Of a DNA stretch of 64,000 nt, positions 20,201-30,700 are shown one piece after another; within the stretch, counting starts at the first letter, position 1, and every line of letters begins with the position of its first letter. Origin of the DNA: Bacteroidota bacterium (GTDB taxonomy: Bacteria > Bacteroidota > Bacteroidia > Bacteroidales > JABHKC01); the NCBI GenBank assembly GCA_018692315.1, contig JABHKC010000068.1, positions 13,216 through 77,215 on the forward strand, in the 5' to 3' direction. The notes under the pieces are model-generated. The model saw only the letters and a list, made by a program, of their open reading frames with translations. It ran no database searches and was not told the DNA's origin. A program made the position numbers and the translations under genes.

Positions 20201-21781
20201 TTCGTTCCAATAAGAATTATTTGAGGCTCCAATATATCCTAAAGCGCCTTTATTTGCAGCTCGTAAAACTGCTTCACCAAAACATTCATAGTCACCAAAA
20301 CTTGAAGATTGACAACAGTTTCCAATCATTAAAGGATATTGTCCGGCATTTTGTAATCCTGAAACATTGCTTGTAGTAAAACTTGGATCTGCCCAGCCAC
20401 TTGCACTACAATGTGCCGTATAATTTGCAAATCCTACACCATTGCTAACATTTTGAATTATTGCCGGCGATGCTGCAGAACTATTCGAAACAATAGGAGA
20501 GCCCGAACCATACAAATAAGTATGAGAAGTAACTCCATGAGCAGCATTAAAATAATTTGAAGTTCCATAGTTTATCTGACCATTTCCATGAGTTGCAGCA
20601 TAACTTCCATCAACTCCTGCAATCAAAACTACTTCGTTGAGAAAACTTGGGTCTGCCATTAAGTATTGCTCATATTCCAAAGTTTTATCAATTTGTGGTT
20701 GAAGCTCAGTCAAATTATTTGCCGAAAATCGTCCGATATAAACATCAGGAAAAATATCTCCTGTATATTCGGCATAATAGTAATCGGTGTTATGACTTGC
20801 TGAAATTCCGGTATATGTTGGAATCTGAGCAATATCGCCAACCAATAGTACAAATGAAGGAGACGGGTCGGAAGCAGTCCCCGAAAAAAATAGCGACGAA
20901 AGATATGCCTTGATTGATTCTTTAGTTGTTCCAACATTTGCAGTTCCGGTGTAAGCCTCAATAACATCGAAACCCTTTTTTGTTTTCCAATTTACAAATG
21001 GTTGAAGAGCAGTTTGAAACATTGGATCGGAAACAATTACATATTTCACAGGGTAGCTTGTAATCGTGTCTTTTGTTTGTTCCGACTGATAATTTATAAT
21101 TTCAGCAAATGAATTGTTAAAAAAAGGAGAGCAGCCTGCAGATTTTAATTGTTTTGTATATGAAACATTGGCATTTTCGAAAGTTATTTTAAGCTCAATA
21201 TTGTGCAATATTTTCATGCTGTTTTCAACAGGATTATATTGAAATGGAGAAACAATCAATTTCCCAACCTGAACACCTCGCATAAAACCTAAAACCTCAA
21301 CTTGGGCAATTTCCGGAACAATTTGTTTTTCATTTCCATTATAATAAGCCTCATTATATTTAAATTCTTCTTTTGTTGGGTCTATATTTTTTGTGTAGGA
21401 TGGCTGAACCGGTATTATTTTTTCAGTGAAACCATAATCTGACAATGAAACTATTTGCTCATCAAAACTAACAAGCTTTATTTTTACCTTGGCTCCATAT
21501 GGAATTTCAATAAGTTTATTTAGAGTGGGTAACTCAGGATAGCCGATTTCTCCAGCCGAGCTAAATCCATCTATCAACAATTTTGCGAACATTCCTTTTT
21601 TGGTAGAAACTTTCTCAACTTTCATTAACGAAATTGAATTGACTAATTTCAGATTTGAGTAATCGCTTTCAACAATCTTCAAACCACTTTTTTTATTCGG
21701 GAAGTCAATTTTCTTTGAATTTTGTGAAAATCCTCCGAAGGAAAACAAACAAACAACAACAAAAGATACAATATATTTCAT
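17267..21781 (-). CDS. peptidase C25 (gingipain-like) multidomain secreted protease
   Basis: Start moved to MKYIVSFVVVCLFSFGGFSQ (ATG at 21781). C25 hallmarks: YVIVSDPMFQTALQPFVNWKTKKGFDV, LLVGD, catalytic His context YTAHCSASGW and Cys context LMIGNCCQSSSF. PKD/Ig-like segments downstream. The C-terminal region holds the ~120-aa domain shared with 56993-63125. Confidence 0.85.
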   Translation of the reverse strand: MKYIVSFVVVCLFSFGGFSQNSKKIDFPNKKSGLKIVESDYSNLKLVNSISLMKVEKVSTKKGMFAKLLIDGFSSAGEIGYPELPTLNKLIEIPYGAKVKIKLVSFDEQIVSLSDYGFTEKIIPVQPSYTKNIDPTKEEFKYNEAYYNGNEKQIVPEIAQVEVLGFMRGVQVGKLIVSPFQYNPVENSMKILHNIELKITFENANVSYTKQLKSAGCSPFFNNSFAEIINYQSEQTKDTITSYPVKYVIVSDPMFQTALQPFVNWKTKKGFDVIEAYTGTANVGTTKESIKAYLSSLFFSGTASDPSPSFVLLVGDIAQIPTYTGISASHNTDYYYAEYTGDIFPDVYIGRFSANNLTELQPQIDKTLEYEQYLMADPSFLNEVVLIAGVDGSYAATHGNGQINYGTSNYFNAAHGVTSHTYLYGSGSPIVSNSSAASPAIIQNVSNGVGFANYTAHCSASGWADPSFTTSNVSGLQNAGQYPLMIGNCCQSSSFGDYECFGEAVLRAANKGALGYIGASNNSYWNEDFYYGVGVGTVTANPTYAGTGLGAYDRLFHDNGELPSEWFVTQGQINYAGNMAVSQSSSSADLRYWEMYHLFGDPSLTPYLSVPSALNASYPASVPVGTASLTVNTEALAYVAISMNNILLDAKLANTAGVANLSFPAFANVGVAHIVVTKQNRQPFIDSLMIITSNQAFVGFNNFSINDASQNNNSQADFGESIFLNVNLNNIGNVDAINVNAQLSTNDSYITLIDSIANWGNLTASSNSMLNNAFQISIDNDVPNQHNVSFTLNITDANSNQWTASFSMNVNAPQLEIGSITINDSQNGNGNGRLDPGENLTISIETENNGGIASPPALSTLSCSNPSISIVNSSQNIGAVVSSTITSFTVNVSSSAIIGSLADFSFNVNAGNYSCSHLFSETIGIIVEDWEAGNFLSFSWAFAGNSDWTIDNTYQYEGSFSAQSGTISHNQNSELVLDLNVLTNDSISFYKKVSSEANYDYLEFWIDNTKMDEWAGNVDWSFEIFPITAGTHTIKFIYDKDYSVSSGSDCAWVDYIEFPPINYNNSTIADFTATPSICVNNSATITYTGIATGSASFTWDFSGGTILSGSGQGPYEISWNSPGTYDITLSVVDGSNSANSTVSTIVNPLPVVNLGADIVLPQGQFVTLDAGSGFTTYIWNTGAVSQILTVFSSGNYSVTVSDLNACTASDDINVSFSSSPWTFNVTGTNHTVLIPQAASILIDGNPIGLGDYIGVFYDSLGSLACAGYAIWQGATTNISAWGEDIGNDGFVSGESFVWKIYDISENAEYITNATYNITNFPNTGSFVVNGMSGILSLENNTEISQDIQLPFGWSIISTYIDPTNPNVTDVFSNTTSLIILKDEIGLVYWPQYGVNSIGNLTIGKGYQAKVSAASILTVGGTLIVPETTQLNLSLGWNILGYIRQSPGPIVNMLSGISSNISIVKNSIGNVYWPLYGINNIGMMNPGEGYQIKLLNSDTLIYPAN

Positions 21782-22225
21782 AAAAAATAAATTAAAATTT
21801 ACAATAATTGTGTTCAACGCATATGACAACACTTTGTTTTATAATGTTGCATAATATTTTATTATACCGAATAGTCAGTGCTAATAAAAAACCTCAATAA
21901 CTAACTTATATTAAAGCGCTAATAAGTTCTCGCAAAATTAGGGCAGTTCCATTTCAAGCTTTCACTTAAAATTTTAAATATCATAATTTCCTACCCTTGA
22001 GTTTCAATAAGGTTGTGAAAAATAGAAATAGAATAAATTGAATTTTTGTTTAAACCACATTTCGATTTTTACTGTAACTTCAAATATGACATAAAAGATT
22101 AGAAAGTCAATAGTTTATAAAGGTTGGCCAAATTGGTTTCATGATTATTATTATCAGTAATTGGCCTGTAATGCCCTAACTACTATGGTTTTAAAATATA
22201 ATGTTTTTTAAATTATTATCCTGAT

Positions 22226-22233
22226 TATCTTTG
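22226..22233 (+). promoter_or_regulatory. Bacteroidota sigma-A -7 box (TATCTTTG)
   Basis: Matches TAnnTTTG, 33 nt upstream of ATG 22267. Confidence 0.5.
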
Positions 22234-22266
22234 TATCTTTTTAAATTTTAAATAACTGTTGAAAAA

Positions 22267-24435
22267 ATGAGAAAGTTAATTATAGTAGCTGCGTTCGTGT
22301 TTGTAATTCAAAGTGTTTTTAGCCAAAACATTCACCACAGTTTTTCTGTTAATATCAATGTGAAAGGACAACAATTGGATGTTATCGATAAAATGCTTCT
22401 TCCGGTAAACTATATTCAAAATAAAAAATCTATAACATTTGCTTTGTCCAAAAAGTTCAGTGTAAAAGTATTGAACAATACATTTTCTATTGAAAAAAAT
22501 GAAGAACAACAAACAGAAAATCAGAGTTCAAAATTAAGTTATTATACTATTAAACTTCCTGAAAACATAACAAAAAATCTCGTCATTCCTATTGTTTATT
22601 CCGGCCTTGTGAACGATGAAATAAAGAATGGTGCGGCAGAATATGCCAGAGGATTTAGTGAAACAAGCGGCTTAATTTCCGAAGATGGAATTTATCTGGC
22701 TGGTTCGACTGCATGGGTTCCATATTTTCCCGATTCCGAAATGTTTACATACATGCTAAATGTTACTATCGATTCGGAATGGACCGTCCTTACGCAAGGC
22801 AAAAGAATTAAAAATGAAATAGTTGGCAAGAAAAAAACTATAATTTATATTTGCACTAATCCTATGGACGAGGCATACATTGTTGGTGGAAAATGGACAG
22901 AATATTCCGATCAAGCGGGAGAAATTTTGGTTCAAGCTTTTCTAAGATCTCCAGACGAGGCTTTGGCAAATAAATATTTGAAAGTAACCAAAGATTATTT
23001 GAAATTGTATGAAAACCTAATTGGAAAATACCCATATACAAAATTTGCTCTTGTCGAGAATTTTTGGGAAACCGGTTACGGAATGCCTTCATTTACTCTT
23101 CTTGGCGAGAAAGTTATTCGATTTCCGTGGATACTTCATTCTTCCTATCCTCACGAATTGCTTCACAACTATTGGGGCAACAGTGTTTTTGTAGATTATG
23201 AAAAAGGTAATTGGTGCGAAGGAATAACCGCCTATATGGCCGATCATTTAATAAAGGAACAACAGGGTCAAGGAGCTGATTATAGGCGTTCTACTTTGCA
23301 AAAATTTACTGATTATGTAAATCCCGACAACGATTTTCCTGTAAAAGATTTTCTGTCTCGGAGTAATTCTGCCGAAGAAGCTATTGGCTACGGAAAAGTG
23401 CTGATGATGAACGAAATGTTAAGAAACGAATTTGGAGATGAAATTTTCTTAAAGGCATATCGTGATTTCTACGAAAATAACAAATTCAGGAAAGCTTCCT
23501 TCTCGGATATTAGAAAAAGTTTCGAGAAAGTAACAAATGAAAATCTTGAAGCGTTTTTTTCGCAATGGATAAACCGTAAAGGTGCACCTTCAATTCAGCT
23601 TTCTAATGTAGATGTTTCTAAAAGCAAAAAGCAATTTAATCTTAAATTTGATCTTTCGCAAACGCAAAAAGAAGATGTATTCGAATTGAAAATTCCATAT
23701 GCAATTTATTTCGAAAACGATAATGAGATTGTTCAATCAGAATTAGTAATGAACCAAAAGACCCATAGTTTTTTATATAATTCCGACAAAAAACCTGTAC
23801 GAATAGAAATAGATCCACAATTTAATGTTTTTCGTCGTTTAGATAGGAGTGAAGTTCCAACGAGTTTATCGCAAATTTTTGGTGCAAATGATATTTATAT
23901 TGTCCTTCCGGAGAAATCTGATTATTTAGAGCAGTATAAAAAAATGGCAGAAACATGGAAATATTCGGCCGAAGCCCAAGAAAAAAGTGCTAAACTGGTT
24001 TACGACAGCGAGTTAGAAAAAATGCCTGACGACAAAACAGCATGGATAATTGGTTTCGAAAATAAATTTTACGATGACATAAAAGTTGAACAAAAATTGA
24101 TAAATTCTATGGGTGAAGAAGATGCCCAAAAGTTTTCTGATATGCATAACAATCAAAGCTTAGTTTATGCAATTCCTAACCCTAACAATAATTACGTTTC
24201 TGTGGGATTTGTCGGAACCCTTAATTCAGATGCAATTGCCGGACTTATCAGAAAACTGCCGCATTATGGAAAATACAGTTATCTCGGATTCGAAGGAAGC
24301 GAGCCAAAAAACGTACTGAAAGGTTCGTTTCCGGCCTTAAATTCATCAATGGGATATACAATAGAAGTCAAAAACGAGCAGTATAATTTTCCAAAACTGA
24401 AAGAACGCAAAGCTCTTGGGGCTTCGTCAGATTAA
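22267..24435 (+). CDS. M1-family zinc metallopeptidase (aminopeptidase N-like)
   Basis: Signal peptide ...QSVFSQ. Zinc motif YPHELLHNYWGN followed by WCEGITAYMAD (HExxH plus a distal Glu). Confidence 0.8.
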   Translation: MRKLIIVAAFVFVIQSVFSQNIHHSFSVNINVKGQQLDVIDKMLLPVNYIQNKKSITFALSKKFSVKVLNNTFSIEKNEEQQTENQSSKLSYYTIKLPENITKNLVIPIVYSGLVNDEIKNGAAEYARGFSETSGLISEDGIYLAGSTAWVPYFPDSEMFTYMLNVTIDSEWTVLTQGKRIKNEIVGKKKTIIYICTNPMDEAYIVGGKWTEYSDQAGEILVQAFLRSPDEALANKYLKVTKDYLKLYENLIGKYPYTKFALVENFWETGYGMPSFTLLGEKVIRFPWILHSSYPHELLHNYWGNSVFVDYEKGNWCEGITAYMADHLIKEQQGQGADYRRSTLQKFTDYVNPDNDFPVKDFLSRSNSAEEAIGYGKVLMMNEMLRNEFGDEIFLKAYRDFYENNKFRKASFSDIRKSFEKVTNENLEAFFSQWINRKGAPSIQLSNVDVSKSKKQFNLKFDLSQTQKEDVFELKIPYAIYFENDNEIVQSELVMNQKTHSFLYNSDKKPVRIEIDPQFNVFRRLDRSEVPTSLSQIFGANDIYIVLPEKSDYLEQYKKMAETWKYSAEAQEKSAKLVYDSELEKMPDDKTAWIIGFENKFYDDIKVEQKLINSMGEEDAQKFSDMHNNQSLVYAIPNPNNNYVSVGFVGTLNSDAIAGLIRKLPHYGKYSYLGFEGSEPKNVLKGSFPALNSSMGYTIEVKNEQYNFPKLKERKALGASSD

Positions 24436-24483
24436 TGACAAGTTATTGCCATTAGTTTTAATATTTATCATAAAATTGCTTAA

Positions 24484-24888
24484 ATGAAAAAGACAATTGT
24501 TTTATTGCTGAGTGTTTTTGTTTTAGGCTCTTGCATGAAAGACAAAGAAAACCAGGCACCAACCAATGAGTTGCTTATAGGTGTCTGGACAAATGCTATT
24601 TATAAAGATGGTTACTTAAAACTTTCGAAAGCCGATGAACTTGCGGACGATAGTTATGGTTTTACTTTTTTTGAAGACGGAACTTTCCTTGAACAAAAAA
24701 ATGCTGGTTGGTGCGGAACTCCGCCAGTTTCATATTTGGATTATTACGGAAATTATGAAGTAATGTCTGACTCAATAATTGAAATAGAAGTTGGATATTG
24801 GGGGGGCAGAACAACTTTCGATATTTTTATTCGCACACTGAATGATAGCAAAATTGAAATAGAATATAGAAATATTTTATATTTATAA
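24484..24888 (+). CDS. hypothetical lipoprotein
   Basis: MKKTIVLLLSVFVLGSCMKD lipobox. 134 aa. No family recognised. Confidence 0.55.
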   Translation: MKKTIVLLLSVFVLGSCMKDKENQAPTNELLIGVWTNAIYKDGYLKLSKADELADDSYGFTFFEDGTFLEQKNAGWCGTPPVSYLDYYGNYEVMSDSIIEIEVGYWGGRTTFDIFIRTLNDSKIEIEYRNILYL

Positions 24889-25044
24889 CTTAAGTTTCGC
24901 ACTTCCTAATTTGCAAATAAATAAAGTAATACTTTAGAAGTCCCCCTTTAACAAAACATGCATTATAATATTTTCCTATGAAATCTAAATCAAGGAGGGT
25001 ACATTTTATAATTCTGAATGATAGCAATTTAGATTAAATATTTA

Positions 25045-25167
25045 TTTTTTCTTGATAAAAAGAAACCAAAATCAAGGCTGCAGAAGATTTTGGGACAATA
25101 CTAATTTCTCAATCCTCCCCACAAGTAAATGATAGGACAATAAACTGAGCACGACATTTCATAATTG
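25045..25167 (+). repeat. conserved intergenic element E1, copy 1 (upstream of the metal efflux operon)
   Basis: The 55-nt core AGGCTGCAGAAGATTTTGGGACAATACTAATTTCTCAATCCTCCCCACAAGTAAA differs at 5 positions from 33202-33256. It also shares CTTGATAAAAAGA and ACGACA(A)TTTCAT. Confidence 0.8.
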
Positions 25168-25248
25168 TAGGATGAAAGTAAATTTCCAGAACCTCAAAAA
25201 AGATTTAACCAAGTTTAAGTTTGAATTTTGTCCATTATCTTTTTTTTG

Positions 25249-25256
25249 TATTTTTG
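25249..25256 (+). promoter_or_regulatory. Bacteroidota sigma-A -7 box (TATTTTTG) of the efflux operon
   Basis: Matches TAnnTTTG, 23 nt upstream of ATG 25280. Confidence 0.5.
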
Positions 25257-25279
25257 CAAAGTGGTTTAAAAATAATTTG

Positions 25280-25669
25280 ATGAACTTTAGAAAACATATT
25301 TTATTTTTATTGGTAATTTACTCTATGGTTGTGTTGCACGACCTTGTACCACATCATCATCATTTCGATTTTTATACAGAAGTTGAAGATTGTGAAAACG
25401 AGTGTGAAACAAATCATCATTCAGACGAACACGATCATTCAACACCAGATCATTGTCATGCTTTCAACGATATTCAGTTTTATGATAAAAGCAATGTCAG
25501 GCATAGCGATATTAAGCAAATATTTGTCTTAGTTTTGTTGAATGAATTTCAATATTTTGTATTAAAAAATGAGACTATACATAAAACTTTAAGGCTATTC
25601 GTTTCATATAAACCTCCGGAACTCTTACGGTACTTTCTTCGTGGTCCCCCACAAATTTCAATTCTATAA
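25280..25669 (+). CDS. small His/Cys-rich membrane-anchored protein, first gene of the metal efflux operon
   Basis: Start placed at ATG 25280, 23 nt after a TAnnTTTG box. One N-terminal TM segment, then PHHHHFDF...CENECETNHHSDEHDHSTPDHCH. C-terminal LRGPP. Confidence 0.55.
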   Translation: MNFRKHILFLLVIYSMVVLHDLVPHHHHFDFYTEVEDCENECETNHHSDEHDHSTPDHCHAFNDIQFYDKSNVRHSDIKQIFVLVLLNEFQYFVLKNETIHKTLRLFVSYKPPELLRYFLRGPPQISIL

Positions 25670-25935
25670 ATTTTTCCTAAGAAATTGATAAATCTTAAAT
25701 AAAGGAATAATTAACAAGTTTCATATATTTCACTTTTTCTAAGCATATATTTATTGAATAAATCTATTTTGTAAAATATTATTTTTTCAAAATTTAAATA
25801 ACATTCAGTATTTCTATGTTAAGGAAATAAACTCACTTCCGTGAAATCATGGAGCATTTAAACTTCCTACGATTTAATTTGTCAGTTCGTCTTTTATCAA
25901 TAGTCGAATATAGAAATTTGAAATTACTTATACAT

Positions 25936-27666
25936 ATGAAAATCACAAGATTAATAATAATTGTATCCTTGCTATTTATAAATCTGTCATGCCAGAATAA
26001 TAAAACTACAACTGACAAACAAAATGGTAACGAGCATTCTAAAAGTAACAGCCACAAACATCCACCAGATGACAATACTAATATTACTTCAAATCATAGC
26101 CATGAAAATGAATCAAATCATAATCATGGAAAAGAAACAAAAAGTCAGAAAATTAAATCTAAAATGAATGATTTGTGGGCTGAAGAAATTGGCAGAAAAC
26201 AAAAGAAAGTAGAAAAACCACAAAATGAATCAAAGCATGATCATTTGCATGAAAATGAGGAAGTAGCCCGATTTTCTCGCAATCTGTTTGGCGAAAAGCT
26301 GGAACTGTTTTTTGAAAGCGATGTTCTATTTGTTGGTGAGAAATCGCAGATGATTGTACATATAAATACTTTATCAAACTTTAAACCTATAAAAAATGGC
26401 AAATTGACTGTTTCTTTGTCAAATCAGAAATCCAGTTTTAGAATTTCTACCAGCAAACTCTCAAGAGAGGGAATTTTTTCAATTGATATAAAACCTGAAA
26501 AAGCCGGATTCTATAAACTTAGTTTTTTGTATGAGAATAAAAATATTTACGAAAGTGTTGAAGTAGAGAATGTTATAGTGTATGCAAATGAACACGATGC
26601 CTCAGATCATTCTCAAGAGGCAGAAAATCCGCATGATATTTCTTTCCTTAAGGAACAAATGTGGAAAACCGATTTTGAAACTCAAGAAATTAAGTTGAAA
26701 GATTTTTCGCAAAGCATCAATACTATAGGGGAAATATTACCGGCTCAAGGCGAAAAATTTATTATTAGTGCCAATACTAATGGAATAGCATTGTTTTCTG
26801 CAAATAATCTGATAGTCGGAAAATCAGTGAAAATAGGGGAGGAATTGTTCATTATTTCAGGCGATGTAATTGGTAATGAAAATATTAATGTAACTTATGA
26901 AAAGTTGAAAAATGAATACGAGCAGTGCAAAATCATATATTTAAGGCATGAAAAATTGGCTTTAGAAAAAATTATTTCGAGCGAAACATTAAATGAATCT
27001 CGAAAAGAATTAATTTCAGATAGCATTTCTTATTTCAATTTTTTGTCAAACTTCAGTAAAAAAGGAGTCTCAATTAACTCACAAATTTCAGGTTTTGTTC
27101 AAAATTTGCTAATTGAAGAAGGGCAATATGTTACCACTGGTCAGCCTCTTGCAGTTGTTTCTGCAAAACAAAAAATGATGATTCGTGCCGATGTTCCTCT
27201 TCGAAACTACAATTTGGTTTATAATATTTCCGGGGCTGTTTTCGAATTTCCATATCAAGATAAAACTATTAGTTTAGAGCAACTTAACGGAAAAATTCTA
27301 TCCATTGGTTCGAGTGTTCAGAAAAATGGAAAGTATATACCGGTTTATTTTGAAGTTGAAAACGATGGCTCTTTCATAGAAAATGCCTTTGTCGAATGTT
27401 TTCTAAAAACTGGTATTGTTTCTAATCAGATAGTAATTCCAAAATCAGCCCTTATTGAGGAGCTTGGTACATTCAGTGTATTTATTCAAACAAATGGAGA
27501 AAGTTTCGAAAAGCGCGAAATTAAAACTGCTACAAAGGATGGAGAAAATGTTCAGGTTATTAGTGGACTAAATGAAGGAGAGAGAATTGTTACTATTGGG
27601 GCAATGCAAATAAAATTGACTTCTCTAAGCACTGGAATGGATAGTCATGCTGGGCATAATCACTAA
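25936..27666 (+). CDS. efflux RND periplasmic adaptor subunit (CzcB/HlyD family) with His-rich N-terminal region
   Basis: Lipoprotein start MKITRLIIIVSLLFINLSC. His-rich stretch (HSKSNSHKHPPDD...NHSHENESNHNHG...HDHLHENEE). Barrel-sandwich and beta-barrel adaptor segments (GQYVTTGQPLAVV, VIPKSALIEELGTFSVFIQ, VISGLNEGERIVTIGA). C-terminal SHAGHNH. Confidence 0.85.
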   Translation: MKITRLIIIVSLLFINLSCQNNKTTTDKQNGNEHSKSNSHKHPPDDNTNITSNHSHENESNHNHGKETKSQKIKSKMNDLWAEEIGRKQKKVEKPQNESKHDHLHENEEVARFSRNLFGEKLELFFESDVLFVGEKSQMIVHINTLSNFKPIKNGKLTVSLSNQKSSFRISTSKLSREGIFSIDIKPEKAGFYKLSFLYENKNIYESVEVENVIVYANEHDASDHSQEAENPHDISFLKEQMWKTDFETQEIKLKDFSQSINTIGEILPAQGEKFIISANTNGIALFSANNLIVGKSVKIGEELFIISGDVIGNENINVTYEKLKNEYEQCKIIYLRHEKLALEKIISSETLNESRKELISDSISYFNFLSNFSKKGVSINSQISGFVQNLLIEEGQYVTTGQPLAVVSAKQKMMIRADVPLRNYNLVYNISGAVFEFPYQDKTISLEQLNGKILSIGSSVQKNGKYIPVYFEVENDGSFIENAFVECFLKTGIVSNQIVIPKSALIEELGTFSVFIQTNGESFEKREIKTATKDGENVQVISGLNEGERIVTIGAMQIKLTSLSTGMDSHAGHNH

Positions 27667-27711
27667 TAAATTGGACACATATAGTAGCCTAAAGCAATTA
27701 AAAATAAGATC

Positions 27712-30700
27712 ATGGTAAAAACAATCATAAATTCATCTTTAAAAAATCGTTTACTGGTAATATTTATTTCCGTAATCTTAATTGTTGGCGGAATATATAT
27801 TTCAACAGATATGGAAATTGACGTATTACCCGATTTGACTGCACCTACTGTGGCCATTTTGGTAGATGCTCATGAATTTGCCCCCGAGGAAGTAGAAAAA
27901 ATAATTGCGTTACCAATTGAAACATACTTAAATGGAGCAACAAATGTTCGTAGAGTTCGAAGTACTTCTTCAAAAGGAATGTGCATTGTTTGGGTCGAAT
28001 TTGATTGGGGTACAGATATTTACAGAGCCAGACAAATTGTGAACGAACAATTGTCGGGAATAGTAAACCAATTACCCGAGGGAATTCCTTTTCCGGTTAT
28101 TGCCCCTCAAACTTCTATTATGGGAGAAATTATGCTGATTTCTCTTACTTCAAATACATTAGATATGACCACTTTACGTAGCATTTCCGATTTGCAGGTA
28201 AAACTCAGATTGATGGCTGTGAGAGGTGTTTCACAGATAATTACTATTGGTGGCAAACTCAAACAATATGAAATAATTGCAGATCAGGCAAAAATGCAAT
28301 ATTATGGTGTTTCGCTTGCCGAACTTCAAGAGGCTTGCAGAGGACTCAACCAAAATGTTTCAGGTGGATTTTTTAACGAATATGGTCAGGAATATCTAAT
28401 AAATACTATCATTAGAACAACAGATACCTCAGAGATTGGAAATTCTGTAGTGAAAATGATTAATAAACAGCCCGTTAAAATAAACGATATTGCAAGAATT
28501 ACAATTTCTTCAGCTCAAAAGGTTGGAGAAGGATTCTTAAATCGTAATCCTGCAATAATTATGACCGTGCTTAAACAGCCAAATACTAATACTTTAGCTC
28601 TAACTGAGGATATTGAAAATGCAATTATTGAACTTCAAAAAACTCTTCCTGAAGGAGTAAATATCAATTCGGATATATTCAGTCAAGCTGATTTTATTTC
28701 AACATCAATTAATAATGTTTTACAAGTTTTGATGGAAGGGGCTATTTTTGCCACAATAATATTGTTTTTCTTCCTACTGAATTGGAGAACTACTGTGATA
28801 TCAATGTTATCTATACCAATTTCACTGATAGTGGCAATTCTAACTCTAAAAATTCTTGGTCTTACTTTGAACACAATGTCGCTTGGCGGAATGGCAATTG
28901 CCATTGGGGTGTTGATAGACGATGCCATTGTTGATGTCGAAAATGTGCTTAAACGCCTTAAACAGAACTACAAATTGCCTAAAACAAATCAAAGAAATAT
29001 ATTGGCAGTAATTTTTGATGCTTCCATGGAAATCAGGTCATCAATTATCCATGCAACTTTTATTATTATTGTTGCTTTTGTTCCCTTGTTTTTCCTGTCT
29101 GGAATGGAAGGCAGATTGCTTCGTCCTTTGGGAATTACGTTTATAGTTTCGCTGTTTGCTTCGCTTGCTGTTTCGCTAACATTAACTCCGGTATTAAGTA
29201 GCTTTTTGTTGATTTCTCATTCACAATTGAAAAGGCCTATTTTGGGAGGGAATAAACTCATAGAAAAACTCAATAATCTGTATGTAAATTCTCTCAGAAA
29301 AATGTTTCGTTACCGAATTATATTATTCAGTATTACAAGTGTTTTACTTGGATTTTCGATTTTCATTCTATTAAATTTTGGTCGCAGTTTTTTGCCGGAG
29401 TTCGACGAAGGAACCATAACAATTACCAGTGTTACCATGCCAGGAGTTTCGCTTGACGAAAGCAATAAAATTAACAATTTGATTGATGAAGAATTATTAG
29501 CACTCGATGAAGTAAATTATGTGAGCCGACGAACCGGCCGGGCAGAATTGAATGAGCATAGTCATGGTGGTACAAATGCCTCAGAAATTGATGTTTCCTA
29601 TACATTGAAAAACCGCTTGCAAGAAGATTTTATGCAAGACATAAGAAAAAGAGTTCAAAACATTCAGGGAATATCTATTAGCATTGGCCAGCCAATAGGA
29701 CATCGGATAGATCATATGCTTTCCGGTACACGAGCAAATATTGCCATTAAAGTTTTTGGACCCGATTTGTCGCAGCTTTATGCTATAGCGAATAAGATAA
29801 ATAATAACATTTCTGATATTGAGGGACTTGTAGATTTAAATGTAGAACAATTGGTTGAAATTCCCCAGATCAAAATTATTCCAAATCGAAATATGTTGGC
29901 AAAATATGGTATAACAATAAGCCAATTTACTGATTTTGTAGATATTGCATTTGGAGGGCATGTTGTTTCCCAGGTTTTTGAACAAAATCAAAGTTTCGAT
30001 TTAGTTCTTCGATTCGACGAAAAAAACAGAAATTCTAAAGCTAATATCGAAAACAGTTTGATTGATACCTACGATGGTCAGAAAATTCCTTTGCATGCTG
30101 TGGCTGAAGTGGTTTCCGGAAGTGGTCCTAATGCAATAAATCACGAAAATGTTCAACGAAAAATTGTAGTTTCGGCAAATGTACAAAAGCGAGATGTCCG
30201 TAGTGTAGTTAACGATATAAAAAGTATTGTAGAAAATAAAATAGTTCTTCCGCAAAATTTCAGGATTGAATACGGTGGGCAATTCGAAAGTGCACAGAAG
30301 GCATCGCGTTTGCTTTTTTACACTTCTTTGTTAGCAATTTTAGTTATATTTTTGATGCTCTTTTCAGAATTTAGAAGTTTTAAATTGGCAGGGATTATTT
30401 TATTGAATCTGCCGCTTGCATTGATTGGTGGAATTTTTGCAATACTTTTTTCTTCAAATATTTTAAGTATTCCTGCAATAATTGGATTTATCACACTTTT
30501 TGGAATTGCAACCCGAAATGGGATTCTATTAGTTTCGCGTTACGAAAGCCTTCGGAAAAGTGGGAAATCAATATTTTATTGCATAATTAATGGCAGTTCC
30601 GAACGACTAAATCCAATACTAATGACTGCATTAACCGCTGCTTTTGCACTTATTCCGCTTGCAATGCGTGGGCATATTGCCGGCAACGAAATTCAAAGCC

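Noticed and set aside
25172-25279. Upstream extensions of ORFs proposed by the track (25172 for the His-rich protein, 25849 for the adaptor, 21832 for the C25 protease, 59711 for paralogue 2, 39850 and 34933 TTG starts)
   Set aside because: In each case an internal ATG is followed directly by a canonical signal peptide or lipobox, or lies at the right distance from a TAnnTTTG box. The extensions overlap promoters or repeats.
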